A stretch of 64,000 nucleotides of DNA from Eledone cirrhosa (taxonomy: Eukaryota): assembly GCA_964016885.1 (NCBI GenBank), contig OZ024744.1, forward strand, positions 46,128,001 through 46,192,000, given 5' to 3'. Shown here piece by piece: positions 12,525 to 25,579 of this stretch; the first letter of the stretch is position 1; every line of letters starts with the position of its first letter. The notes below the pieces were generated by a model. The model was not told the origin of the DNA, ran no database searches, and worked only from the letters and a program-made list of their open reading frames with translations. The translations under genes and the position numbers were made by a program.

Positions 12525-12790
12525 TGTTGTTATTGTCACTGATGCTGGAGTTGGCTTCCTCTTGTTAAGGGTAGTGGCAGTGTTTGTTGGTAAGCCGTTG
12601 GTGTATACACATATATGTTGTTGTTGTTAATGTCATCGCTGCTGTCACTGCCTTCCTCTTGTTAATGGTAGTGTTTGTTGGTAGGTTGTTGGTGTATATA
12701 CACATATGTTGTTGTTGTTAATGTCACCGCTGCTGTCATTCCCTTCCTCTTGTTAATGGTACTGATAATTGTTGGTGCTACCTATATCGG
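12525..12790. repeat. Tandem repeat of about 92 bp (about 3 copies); related copies at 52370-52630
   Basis: Recurring GTTGTTGTTAATGTCATCGCTGCTGTCACTGCCTTCCTCTTGTTAATGGTAG. Confidence 0.7.
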
Positions 12791-13074
12791 CTGTCAAGAT
12801 GGCTGCTCTATCAGCTCCTGTGAGTGATGCTCCAATGGCTTTCTTGACCAAAGATGCAGGTCAATGGCTTTTAAATATATATATTCTCTATTTATTTTTC
12901 TTTCTTTCTAATCCGATTCAGTATCATCAATTGGAAAGACCAATGGAAACATTGTTTCCTTGGTCCAATCTGATGAGTTCCACTCCACTTGGTAAGTAAG
13001 GTCTGAGATGTTGAGAATGGTTACGAAAAAATCAATAAAATCAAGATACAGGGTTGGTATAACTACCTGGTTTG

Positions 13075-13450
13075 TATGTGTTGTGGTGTGGTATGTGGTG
13101 TGTTGTGGTGGTGTGGTGGTGTGGTATGGTATGTGGTGTGTTGTGGTGTGGTATGTTGTGGTGTGGTTTGGTATGTGGTGTGGTATGTTGTGTGTTGTGG
13201 TATGGTACGTGGTGTTGTGTGTTGTGGTGTGGTATCTGGTGTCTTGTGGTACGTGGTGTGATGTGGTATGTGGTGTGTTGTAGTGTGGTGTGCTGTGGTG
13301 TGATGTGGTGTGGTATGAGGTGTGGTATGTGATGTGTTGTGGTGTGGTGTGTTGTGGTATGTGGTATGCTATGTTGTGATGTGGTGTGGTATGATATGTA
13401 TATTGTGGTGTTTTGATGTGGTGTGTGTGTGTGTGCAGGGTGATGTGTAG
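13075..13450. repeat. Degenerate (GTGTG/GTGGT)n pentamer satellite; shorter paralogs at 52900-53010, 57140-57285, 61580-61735
   Basis: Seen directly; lies at the same cassette position in each duplicate. Confidence 0.9.
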
Positions 13451-15185
13451 TGTAAAGAGGAAATTTTACACACATAGGACCTAGAAGGGGTGTGTGAGGA
13501 CTCTACCGCCTACAACCCTCTCAGAAATAATTGACTGAAGAAAAAGAGAAGAAAGTTGTAAAGTATTTTCAAATGAGAATTATTTTTTTAAAAAGTCAAA
13601 TTTTCAACTGTCATGAAAGTACCATCCAACAAATATTAAAGTTATGCAATAGTTTTTATTTACACATGTGGATATTTTGTCATAAATATAAATATAAACC
13701 AGTTAAGGTTTACAAAATAAACACATCGAATTTTTTTTTTAATGATGTAGTCGTAAGGGTGTCACTGTGGACATTTGAAGCTTGGTGGAGCCCTTCACTC
13801 TCCAGGTTTGAACAGTTGATTTCTTCCAGAGAAGTAGAGAATAAGAGGGAGGAAGTGAGATAGAAATATAGAGAGGAAGAACATACCCCAGTGATAGACT
13901 GGTATTGTTTGTTATCAACCTTGAATGGACGAAAGTAAGTTGACCTCAGCAGGATTTAAACCCAGAGAGCAGAGAACCAGGATAAATATGGCAGAAAGCA
14001 TTCTATCCATTGTTTTATAGACTTTAAATAAATGTTTCTACTTTGACTCAAGGCCAGCAATTTGAAGAGAAAGAGGAATGCCAATTAAATCAGGCCCAGT
14101 GCATTACTGTTACTGTTTTTTATCAACCTTGAATGGATGAAAGTCAAAGTTGACCATGGCATGATTTAAACCCAGAACCTAGAGGACTGTAACTTTATGA
14201 CACAAAGCATATCGTCTGAGACTCTACTGATTCTGAAAATCCACCACTCTCAACAATGAAATGAGATTGTGTCTCTGTAATAGCCCCTAATGACAAATAA
14301 TATGAAGGGATACTTTCTACAGCGTGTATTTGTTAATTACAATACAAAACCTCTGAGAATGATTTCCAACATATTTCACCATAATAAATGTTCATCAATA
14401 TATATTAATATTATTATTTTCTGCTAGCATGTGTAGTGTGTATATTAATATTATACGAAGGTATATATACATGTAGATATGATAGATCAAATAAAATCGT
14501 AATTGACAATATATAATACATAGAAATTGAACAAAGACTGTGTTACACTGTCTTATTTAATCAGTAACGTAATCCATGATACATTAAAAAAGACGATATT
14601 ATATATAAAGTGCATTAGGAGGAAATTAGTGACGGAAATATCTGAATGTTTATTTAAGTGATGGCCAACCGGAAGGGTTGACATTTCCGAAATTTTAAAG
14701 AAGTGAATCTTTAAAAAAACACAATATATTTAATCAACAGCCATGAAATTTAGTAGATAAATTATGTAATATTCATTCATTATTTATTGAAATTAATGCA
14801 ACTTATTTTACTAATGGGATAAAAAATTATAAACTGTACACAGTCCCGCAATCCTTACTTTATTATAGTTTAGATTTATTAGATCAGGTGGATTGGCCAG
14901 AAAAATTCTAGTCTTCTTTTTTAGATATCACGATCTTCCATGGCATTCCTGAGATCATTCATCTCGAGCTGGACATCCTGAGACATCTGATCTATGCAGG
15001 TCAATCTCACTCATCCCACTAGGGTCTTACAATGTTTAGGTATCTACAACAATAGCCAGCTCATCCTACCCTCAGTAGCAATGTCCAGCATATATTGTCC
15101 TCCACTCCCTAGTTATAGTGGTAATCTTTGATATATGTCAGTATATTTCTTCCCTTTGAGTGATGTATTAAAAAATAAAAATAAT

Positions 15186-15225
<40 letters not shown>

Positions 15226-15331
15226 ACATATATGTTAAGATGTATAAGATTTCTCAAGCTACACATTTTATATTCTGACTTTCAAAGTGTGTCTATATAT
15301 TTGTCTGTTTCACATTTCACAGTGATGGGGT

Positions 15332-15925
<594 letters not shown>

Positions 15926-16134
15926 TCATTACATAAAGGATTCTCACCACTTCTGATACATTAAGAAATGTAGATATGTTTAATATATGCCATGTAGTCT
16001 AATATACAGTGTCCATAAAAGACTGCAGAAGTCCGCTTTGTTCTTCTACAAAGTTGTAATGTAGCATTCAGTTGGTACAAGTAATAAGACATATGACATC
16101 GTAAGACTGATCTTGGGTCAAGAAAAGACAAGTG

Positions 16135-16220
<86 letters not shown>

Positions 16221-17015
16221 TGATTATTGTGGAGTATTCCACTATTAGTTTTGTTAAGGTGAGAGAAGCTCTATTCACAATAACAACCTCAGTCTTCGAA
16301 AGTTAAGGTTCTTGTTATTGAGGACAGTTCAGGTGATAAGAGAATTAATATTCATAATTTCAAAAGACGAAGGTTAATATATATACATATATACAGTGTG
16401 TACGTATAAGATAAATAAATAAATAGACGTGTGTGTGTGTGTATAAATATGTGTGTAGGTGTTGTAATAAATCAAGATATTTCACTTCAGATAGAAAAGT
16501 TCACAATGTTTGTGTTGTGATGGAAAACGAAATAATACGTACTTTAGTTTCCAAGACCAAATATAAAGTCAAGAAAAGTTAGTAAAAACTAAATGTTCAC
16601 TGATTTCTGATTAAAATAATATTTTCCTGTCCTGTAAAATGTTGACCAACCACTTCAATATTTAATAATACAGCTGATAAAACAACAACTATAAGGTAAA
16701 TAAGTCACCATATGTTATTTACAAACATTAACGTTCATCTTAATATGAAATAATCACCATAAAAGATAAAATTAGATGAGGTTTAAGTTGTAACAATGGA
16801 GCAGATATAAATGGTAATATTTCACTGGCTAGTTGACACCAGTAACATGACTTAAAAGTCTCCTACATAATTTAATACATTCAGAAACAACTTCAATTAT
16901 ATCAATTCACATCTTCAATCCAAATTTCGTTAAACTCCATCTGATGCTGCTACTCGGCTTTTTCAGCTGTACTGATTGGAGACACGTGAAATGAAGCATA
17001 TATATATATATATAT

Positions 17016-17603
17016 AAACGAATGTTACCCTTTCAGATGAAATATGGCGTAAAGAATAAAATTTAAGAGCTTTGTTTTCTCAATCATATATTTCTGCTAA
17101 TATATATATATCTTTTTCAGCTGAACTGATTGGAGACGCGTGAAATGATGTGTCCCCCCCCCCCACACACACAGACACGCACGCACGCACGCACGCACAC
17201 ATATATATATAAATCTTTGTGAGGGGAAATCCATTACGGAAAAGAATGAAACGAAATTTCCTTTCTCACTCTTAGTACGGCTGATACTTAAATCATCTGG
17301 TAGGAAGGTATACGATGCTGACGATAGCTAATAAGCTTGAAACTAGTACATCGTTCCTGTGTCAGTGTTGAATAAAAAGATGACGATGGTTGCCTAAACA
17401 CTGTACGGCGTAATTCGGGCTGTCTGCTTGTTTACAAACAAACAAACCGAACATTATAATAAATGTTCGGTAAAACCATACGTACACATATATATATATA
17501 TATGTGTGCATGTATATATATATGTGTGCATGTATATATATATACATACTACTGTACGTCTGTATACATATATGTAAGTATGTACGTATACATACACACT
17601 TAC

Positions 17604-17698
<95 letters not shown>

Positions 17699-17833
17699 CA
17701 TCATTTCACGCGTCTCCAATCAGTTCAGCTGAAAAAGATATATATATATTAGCAGAAATATATGATTGAGAAAACAAAGCTCTTAAATTTTATTCTTTAC
17801 GCCATATTTCATCTGAAAGGGTAACATTCGTTT
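17016..17833. repeat. Near-perfect inverted repeats of about 135 bp (17016-17151 / 17699-17833) enclosing an HHR-bearing unit
   Basis: AAACGAATGTTACCCTTTCAGATG...CGCGTGAAATGATG and its reverse complement. Confidence 0.85.
17312..17354 (+). ncRNA. Minimal type I hammerhead ribozyme
   Basis: ACGATG-CTGACGA-TAGCT(AATA)AGCTT-GAAA-CTAG-TA-CATCGT; palindromic ACTAGT stem III; GUA site, predicted cleavage after 17348. Confidence 0.85.
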
Positions 17834-18032
17834 TCTGATGGAAGGAATTAAATAAGATTTATATACCCCCGTAGAAGGTATACAGATATAATAATTATTA
17901 TTGTTTATCCTTCAACCTTTAAATGTAAACATACCGTCAATCCGTCGACACCCCAAAGACCCATTAATAAGTGTAAATAGATATCGAGACCTCTATTAAC
18001 AGTTTAAATCTGCCTTTGCACCTATATATTCA

Positions 18033-18116
18033 CATATCTGAAGAGATGTCAAATAAAGCATCGGGTCCCGTCATCTTGATTGTACCCTAACCTGATATCG
18101 AAAACATTGTAATATG
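18033..18116 (+). ncRNA. Type I hammerhead ribozyme (one extra A in the GAAA core), followed by AATAAA
   Basis: CATAT-CTGAAGA-GATGTCA...TGATATC-GAAAA-CATTG-TA-ATATG. Confidence 0.7.
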
Positions 18117-18313
18117 CCAATAAAGTTTGTACTTATGCTGCAACACTGACTTCGATTCTTTTCAATCTACACTCTGCAAATTACAGCCGTAACCCTGGAA
18201 TACATCCTAAACGAGATGAACCCCGTAACAGCTTTGAGTCCTTCGAACGGCGCGTAACTGTAGTTACACACCTAACTATCACATACATACACAGACATAT
18301 ATTTACATATAAA

Positions 18314-18563
18314 CACGTATGGGAAACCTGCGGCCCACGAAGCTTTCTGAATGGCTCACCTAAGTCACCTAAGTGAAATCTTTCTGATTTTTTTACCCCA
18401 ACTTTTCAGTGGTAATTTATCTTTCTATAATTTTTACGATTGAGGAAAACAACGTGTACGAGGAAAACAATGTGGCCACGAATGTAAATTACCGCTTGTG
18501 GCCCGCCTGATGATGAGCCATATCTTATGCAGCCCGCTTCTCGAAAACGGTTGCCCATGCTTG
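18314..18563. mobile_element. hAT-type MITE
   Basis: Ends CACGTATGGGAAACC / GGTTGCCCATGCTTG and internal GCGGCCC motifs; TSD not clean. Confidence 0.6.
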
Positions 18564-20671
18564 GCATATATAGATGCATATATATACGTTGGGTAGCACC
18601 TGTGTGTGTTTATGTCTCATAAGATAATGTTTCGATTTTGAAAAATGTTCGATAAATTATTTTAGGAGGTGATCAAATTGTTTGATAAGCGAAGCAACAT
18701 TTTGATTTTTTTTTAATTTACACATCAAGAGATGCAACACGGAGTACCGAGTCAGAAATCCAGAAAACCTGGGTAGTGTCACCTATAATGAGGAATACAG
18801 TGAATTACTAGGACTTCACTGACCGCTTCCTTACCGAGCCGGTCACTTCCGAGACCGCTGGTATTCTCGGTTAGCCAGGACTGTCGTTTTTCTCCATAAA
18901 ATGCATGAGAATGGAAGCCCTGTGAAATAGAGTGAATGATGTAGCCTGCGTTGCTGGTTGTTTTCTGCAACAATACCTTCGCCATGTTTTTTTCTGCGAA
19001 TTACAGCTGAGATACAGTGATTACTCTTCGGTCTCAAATAATTGTACCCAGCCCCCATGGTTATTAATTTTTCAGATCTTTTCCAACAACCCCGCTCTTA
19101 TTCCAACCCAACCGCTTATCAGATTTTGCTAATCTCTCTCAGGTAAAATTTTATATTAAGTGGTAGCATTCCTCTGATAATTTATTTTAGACATCAAAAA
19201 CCATTATATATGACAAAAAAAGAACATCACAAGAAATCCCATACGTTATAAAATAAATAGGATGGGTTTGGGGTCTTAATATGTAAACTAACCATCTGAT
19301 TCTTTAATCTAAAAAATATCAAGGGAGACAACATAGAAAAATTACCTTTGTTCCACCACCCCTCATATTACTTGGGACCCGAGAGTAAGTGGTTCATTAT
19401 GATTTATTCAAAGTATATCATTTAAAGAATTAAACATAAAAACAAATACATTCAGTATAGAAAATCTCACAATACCATGAAAAACCATGGAACTTGTATA
19501 AAGATTATTGAACAGTATCAAATTAAAAACAAAACACTATCAGAGGAAACAAAAAAAAAGGGGAATGAAGGAAAGGGAGTGGGAGAAGAACAAACAGTAC
19601 ACCCCAGTCTGAGCAGTGCCTTAGCCATGCCCCGTGGTCAAAATGGAAAAGACATTGCCGCGGAGAATGACCAGAGATACCCACTGCACCAACCACCATA
19701 CCTCACGAGGTTCTCTCCTTAACCGGACTGCCGTCAGTTTCAATTAAAATATAAATTAATTTTAAAGAAGAGAATACAGATATATCTCTGTATTTTAATT
19801 GAAACAGAGGGTGGCCTGCTTGAGGGGGGATTCTTGTGAGGTGGTGTGGCTGGTGCAGCAGGTGTCTCTAGTCATTCTCTGCAGTAATCTATTTTCCATT
19901 CCGGCTGAGCCACCATTCAGACTAGGGACTAGAATCTGTCCTTCCCTCTTCCCTTTCTTTCGTTACTTGATCCCTTTCCTTCTACTTTTCTTTTCATTCC
20001 CCAGTTTAGTAGATCGATATAATTGTACTTACCTAATTAAATAAATTAATTACTGCTTATTGACGTCTTTCATTTTGTTGAGAATACTTCTATGTCCAAG
20101 GCGGTGAATTGGCAGAAAATTCCTTGTGGTATTCCTTCAAGATCTGCGCTCTGTGTTCAAATACCACCGAAGTTAACTTTGATTTCATCCTATCGAGATC
20201 GACAAAATAAAAGTAGCAGTCCAGTACTGGGATCGATTCTTCCTCTATATCTCGGTATCACATACACACTCACTCTCTTGTTCCCCGTATCTATCTATCC
20301 TTTTCTGGAAGAAATTGACTGTGAAACCAATCCCGTCGAGGGTAGCTTCTTTTATCCTTACGGGGTCTATAAAACAAAGTACCAGTAACGTACTAAGGTA
20401 GATTTATTTGACTACCCCTCTCACCAAAACTATTGTCGTTGTCCCTAAATCAGAAACAGTTATTACATATGACTGTGAGACGGGTTTTATTATAAACATT
20501 TACCTTAAGTTCAATTACAATAACTTTTTAAATAATATTTACGAAACTATTTAGGCGAGGAGGGACACAAGTAAACCCTGTTGTAGCATGTAGTTGAGTG
20601 AGTATATCTTGTCACTTTTTAGTTGACTGCTTTTCTTTCGTAAATCGTATTTATGATTTAAACTGTATATA

Positions 20672-20866
20672 CGAAGATGGGCAGGAAAGTTCATAGGCTA
20701 ACCATGAAGGAGTGATGCTAGAGCTGTGAAATTTTGCATGCATTAATTTCAACACTTCTTATTAATAACTGAATTGTTTCTTTTCCAGAGACTATGTTGA
20801 AAAATAAACCTCATTTGATCATTCCATGAGAGTATTTTAGTCTATGAACTTTACAGCCGACCCTCA
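20672..20866. mobile_element. Tc1/mariner-type MITE; right-end remnants also near 48275-48325 and 55263-55313
   Basis: Imperfect TIRs ...GGGCAGGAAAGTTCATAGGCTA / TAGTCTATGAACTTTACAGCCGACCCTC in a TA context. Confidence 0.6.
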
Positions 20867-21676
20867 CATGTACCAAGATATTTCTATAGTAAAAATACCA
20901 GAAGTGAAAAAATATATATATAGTGCAACACTTCAACGAAAACATATATACACATATATGTTTCTGTGTGTAGAGAGACAGAACTTACCAGTAAATACAA
21001 AATATGTTTGAATAGCATTCAGCGTGTAATAAAATCACACAGTTTTGATATGTAATGTATAAACATGTTTCTCCACTGACGCCAAACGTTAAACTATTTG
21101 ACGATCAAGAATAATAACTCACTATGACAACTATTATCCGTCGCTGAGTTGTTTCACATGTGTGTGAGTGTGTGTGATTACGTGTGTTTATATATGTATA
21201 CCTGTATACATACATGCTGATGGCTACAACTAGATTTCGAGTAATACCATCGCTTGATACTTCAGCATAAACATCACAGACGTAGCTTTTTATGGCCAAA
21301 AATGTCACATATCAAGCGATGCCTGTGCTTGAAGCTTTTTTAAGTGATGAAAGGTTTAGCAGGGGTCAAATCCCACTCTCTGAACATCGAATATATTTAA
21401 CCAAAACGTAGAATTGGTGTACATCATTGGGTGCAAACGAAGTCACAAACTTTATAACAGTGTGACCTTCTAGAGAGATGTCTTAATGAAGGGCAGGAAT
21501 GTGACCATTGTAACACCCACCCCACCTCACGGGGCTCCTTCCTCAAGTGTTGTCTTTCCAATAGTGTATACATAGCATCTATACAGTATACATATACATG
21601 TATAGTATATATAGGTTGAGCAGACCCCTATGTAGTATAACAGACATTACACATCTCTAGTGTTGGTGATCTACAC

Positions 21677-21885
21677 CAGACATGTCAAACATGTGGCCTG
21701 CGGCCCTTTACAAGCACACCTGAGGCCCGCACAAATGTTTTTACAGCAGGAGCATGTTTTATCTTCGTAATATAAAGTAAAGAAAAATTAGTTGTAATAT
21801 GCGCAATTAGTTGTCGTGTGCGGCCCTCAGACAGCACATATGTGACACATGTGGTCCTCGGGGCACCCTCAGTTTGACATGCCTG
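21677..21885. mobile_element. 209-bp hAT MITE with a perfect 8-bp target-site duplication
   Basis: TIRs CAGACATGTCAAAC / GTTTGACATGCCTG; ATCTACAC at both 21669-21676 and 21886-21893. Confidence 0.9.
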
Positions 21886-22563
21886 ATCTACACGATAAAC
21901 GCACCCAGTACATGCTTTAATGTGGGTGTGATAGGAAGCGTTTCTAATCACAGAGAGCTTACCAAAGAAAGGTTTTGAGGACCCTGCAGTTGTGTCAAGG
22001 GCATGGCAACCTCCGTAGTGTTGGGGTCTACATAAATGCACCCAGTGTGTGATGTAAAGTTGGTAGTGATAGGGAGGGTACCCAGCCACAGAAAACTCGG
22101 CAAACAAAAGGTTGGGAGGACGGTTCAGGTGTGTTGAAGACATGACACCATCTTTAGTAATGGTGCCACAATACAATACACTCAGTAGAATGTGGGGCAA
22201 TATGTAAACGAGATGTGGACCACCCACTCCATTCTGGTTTGTGAAGACCTGACCAATCCTTGCTAGCAGGGAATGTGGATGTTAAATGATGATGATGAGC
22301 TGTGATGTTACTGGTACCAAGCTGATTCAGACTTTACATTGCACGATATATATATATATAAGTATGCACACGTACATACATATATGTATACAGACGTACA
22401 GTAGTATGTATATATATATACATACATGCACACATATATATATGTACGTATGGATTCACCGAACATTTATTATAATGCTCGGTGTGTTTGTAAACAAACA
22501 TCCCGTATTAAGCCGTAGTGTCTAGCAACCATCGCTGCTCGTTTGTTCAACACTGACAAAGGA

Positions 22564-22606
22564 ATGTTGTACTAGTTTCAAGCTTATTAGTTATTGTCAT
22601 CAACGT
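22564..22606 (-). ncRNA. Minimal hammerhead, probably inactivated (core reads ATGACAA)
   Basis: Reverse complement reads ACGTTG-ATGACAA-TAACTAATAAGCTT-GAAA-CTAG-TA-CAACAT. Confidence 0.65.
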
Positions 22607-22736
22607 GTACCTTCCTGCCAGATTGTTGAACATATATACTTACCTTATGCATATTAACGGCTGAGTAGCCCAATTTGCATATCGAATGGGTTAATCGTTA
22701 AAAGTATATACGTTCAACAATCTGGCAGGAAGGTAT

Positions 22737-22779
22737 ACGTTGCTGACGATAACTAATAAGCTTGAAACTAGTACAGCGT
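22737..22779 (+). ncRNA. Minimal type I hammerhead ribozyme
   Basis: ACGTTG-CTGACGA-TAACT(AATA)AGCTT-GAAA-CTAG-TA-CAGCGT; stem I still pairs despite differing from the 17312 copy. Confidence 0.8.
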
Positions 22780-23059
22780 TCCTTTGTCAGTGTTGAACAA
22801 ACGAGCAACGATGGTTGCTGGACACTACGGCTTAATACGGGATGTTTGTTTACAAACACACCAAGCATTTAAATAAATGTTCGGTGAATCCATACGTACA
22901 TATATATATATATATATATGTGTGCATGTATGTATATATATACATACTACTGTACGTCTGTATACATATATGTATGTACGTGTACATACTTATATTTAAG
23001 TAACAGCCGTACCAAGAGTGGGAAATGAAATTTCGTTTCATGTTTTACCGATATATATA

Positions 23060-23272
23060 TATTTATTACTTTAAATCGAGTCAGACAAACCATATTGTTT
23101 TAAAGTAGTATTTTTCAACCTAGCTAACTTTGTCATTTGCAATTCGAACACATGTATACTTGTATCGGTGTTCATCTCTCTCATATATTCAATTGTATTT
23201 CACGGCTCGGAAAGATTCCCTTCCTTGAGCTATTTAATTGTAAAAGACTATCTTGAGTTTCTAACTCAATAT
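23060..23272 (+). mobile_element. Diverged fragment of the 502-bp HHR element family at 33225-34032
   Basis: Aligns by eye to 33890-33982 continuing into 33480-33603 (CACGGCTCGGAAA...TTGAGTTTCTAACTCAATAT). Confidence 0.7.
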
Positions 23273-23870
23273 CTGTATATATATAAAATTAAGTATGTGT
23301 GTGTGTCTGTGTATTACCTATAGGGGCCTACATCTTATGACCGATTTTCATGAAACGTTACAAGCTCATAGATTAGTCATCGGGGAATGTTTTCTATATA
23401 TCAGCGTATCGTCCTTTTATTCCGGGGTCATTCTGCAGATAAAAATCGATAGGGGGTCACCTTTTTTTAGGTATCGATAAATAAGATTTTTGGCTCTAGT
23501 TCCCACATTTTGCCACCGATTTCATTCAAATTTTAAAGCAAAATAGAATTTATCATTGCACATCCTGTAATGGCTTTACATTTTGGATTTTTTTTTCAGA
23601 AACGGCGTGGCAGCCGCTTAAATATTCGAAAATACCACCTTTTCGCTCAAATATCCGCCTTTTTGGCTCTATCTCCCACATTTTTCAACTGATTTCGTTC
23701 AAATTCGAAACTTCGGCTCCACCTCACACATAAATCAATTTATGTGGTTCAACTTTTATACTACGATAGAACCTATCATTGCACATCTTATATTAGCTTT
23801 ACACTCTGCATTTTTTGTTCAGGGACGGCGACCTATCATTAGCTCCCACATTTTTCAACCGATTTCGTAA
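23272..23870 (+). mobile_element. Helitron/Helentron-like non-autonomous element 5' part with internal subrepeats of about 170 bp
   Basis: Starts A|TCTGTATATATATAAAA followed by a GT-rich tract and ACCGATTTTCATGAAAC; a CCCACATTTT...GATTTC motif occurs 3 times. Confidence 0.5.
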
Positions 23871-23884
23871 TCAAGAGGAAGAGT

Positions 23885-24915
23885 ACCAATTATATAAACC
23901 TTTTCTAGTCACAGGAAGGATCTATAGAAGTGGTTGATAGCTTCTACTACCTAGGTGACAGAATTAGCAGAGGAGGAGGGGCTGTGAGAGTATAATAGCT
24001 GGAATAAGGATAAGATGGAAGAAGTTTAGAGAACTACTCCCACTGTTGACAACAAAAGGTTTCTCCCTAAGTCCAAGAGGAAGGCTGGTGTGAAGTGCAG
24101 TGCTACATGGTAGTGAAACATGGGCTGTGACTGCAGGGGGACATGTGGTGCTACATTGTAGTGAAACATGGGCTGTGACTGCAGGGGACATGTGGTGCTA
24201 CATGGTAGTGAAACATGGGCTGTGATTGCAGGGGACATGTGGTACTACATGGTAGTGAAACATGGGCTGTGACTGCAGGGCACACGTGGTGCTATATAGT
24301 AGTGAAACATGGGCTGTAACTGTAGGTCACATGTGGTGCTACATGGTAGTGAAACATGGGATGTGACTGTAGGGCACATGTGGTGCTACATGGTAGTGAA
24401 ACATGGGCTGTGATTGCAGGGGTGATGTGGTGCTACATGGTAGTGAAACATGGGCTGTGACTGCAGGGGACATGTGGTGCTACATGGTAGTGAAATATGG
24501 GCTGTAACTGCAGTACACATGTGGTGCTACATGGTAGTGAAATATGGGCTGTAACTCCAGGACACATGTGGTGCTACATGGTAGTGAAATATGGGATGTG
24601 ACTGCAGGGGACATGTGGTGCTACATGGTAGTGAAATATGGGCTGTAACTGCAGGACACATGTGGTGCTACATGGTAGTGAACTATGGGCTGTGATTGCA
24701 GGGGACATGTGGTGCTACATGGTAGTGAAACATGGGATGTGACTGCAGGGGACATGTGTAGACCAGAGAGAAATGAAGCAACCATGTTTTGTTTGATGTG
24801 GAATGTAAGTGTAACAGAAAGGTAGATATTGGACAAGGTGAGTGATAAGTTGGGTTTAAGAGGAATCTGAGGTGGTGTGGAGGAGAGAAGACTGTGTTGG
24901 TATGGACATGTGTGT
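23885..24915 (+). mobile_element. RTE LINE fragment containing an internal 47-bp tandem array
   Basis: IEVVDSFYYLGD upstream of the array; ERNEATM and RRLCWYGHV downstream. Confidence 0.85.
24100..24758. repeat. 47-bp minisatellite, about 14 copies
   Basis: Unit GTGGTGCTACATGGTAGTGAAACATGGGCTGTGACTGCAGGGGACAT; period checked 24192 to 24239. Confidence 0.95.
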
Positions 24916-25084
24916 CTATATCTAAAAATAGTTATTTCAAAGTATCCCTGCCCTTTAAAATCCCTTGGCCAATGACGTCCATCCTCAAAATCACCAACTT
25001 TCCCAACCACCAGAAAACATAGGAATGAGACAGTTCCAACCCAGTAGAAACCTTTTCTCTATTAAACATTTATATATATAAATA

Positions 25085-25573
25085 CCCCCTTTGGTCTCGA
25101 ATGACCATGGGATTTGTACCTAGAAAGCTCCCCTCTGAGGCACAAGTGTGGGCAAGGTTGTTTGTGGAAGACCAGCAGTCCTCCATATATACCAGTCACC
25201 CCTCTACATCACTGATGTTGTCCAAGGGAAAGGCAATGGCTGATACAGCTTACTCTCTATATACACCCTCTATACTCTATATACACTCTATACTCTCTAT
25301 ATACACACTATATACTCAATATATACACTATATACTCTGTATATACACTGTATACATATCATATATACTCTATATATGATGTTGTCCAAGGGAAAGGCAG
25401 TGTCTGATACAGCTTGGCACTAGTGACATTGAAACTCATTTCTACAGATGAGTGAATTGGAGCAATATGAAATAAAGTGTCTTGCTCAAGGACACAATGT
25501 AAATCCCAGTTTGAGAATTGAACTCACAACCTTATGATTGTAAGCCCAACACTCTAACCAGTAAGCCATGTAC
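25085..25573 (-). mobile_element. Second tRNA-derived SINE family; other pieces at 34845-34990 (-) and 51585-51702 (+)
   Basis: CTCATTTCTACAG...GGAGCAATATGAAATAAAGTGTCTTGCTCAAGG...GAATTGAACTC...CTCTAACCA..AAGCCATG; A-box-like TGGCTGAGTGG near 51593. Confidence 0.75.
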
Positions 25574-25579
25574 CTTATA

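Larger units (their letters stand above)
22357..23050. mobile_element. Non-coding PLE-like unit forming inverted arms of about 285 bp (22357-22641 / 22702-22994); same family as 17218-17610
   Basis: Arms are reverse complements; 22995-23050 is the reverse complement of 17236-17291; each arm carries an HHR. Confidence 0.8.

Noticed and set aside
12930-12985. GAAACATTGTT...CTGATGA (related sequence at 51740, 52765, 57040) as a type II hammerhead
   Set aside because: Stems I and II cannot form adjacent to the core; only a simple GACCAA-GGAAACA / TGTTTCC-TTGGTC hairpin is present
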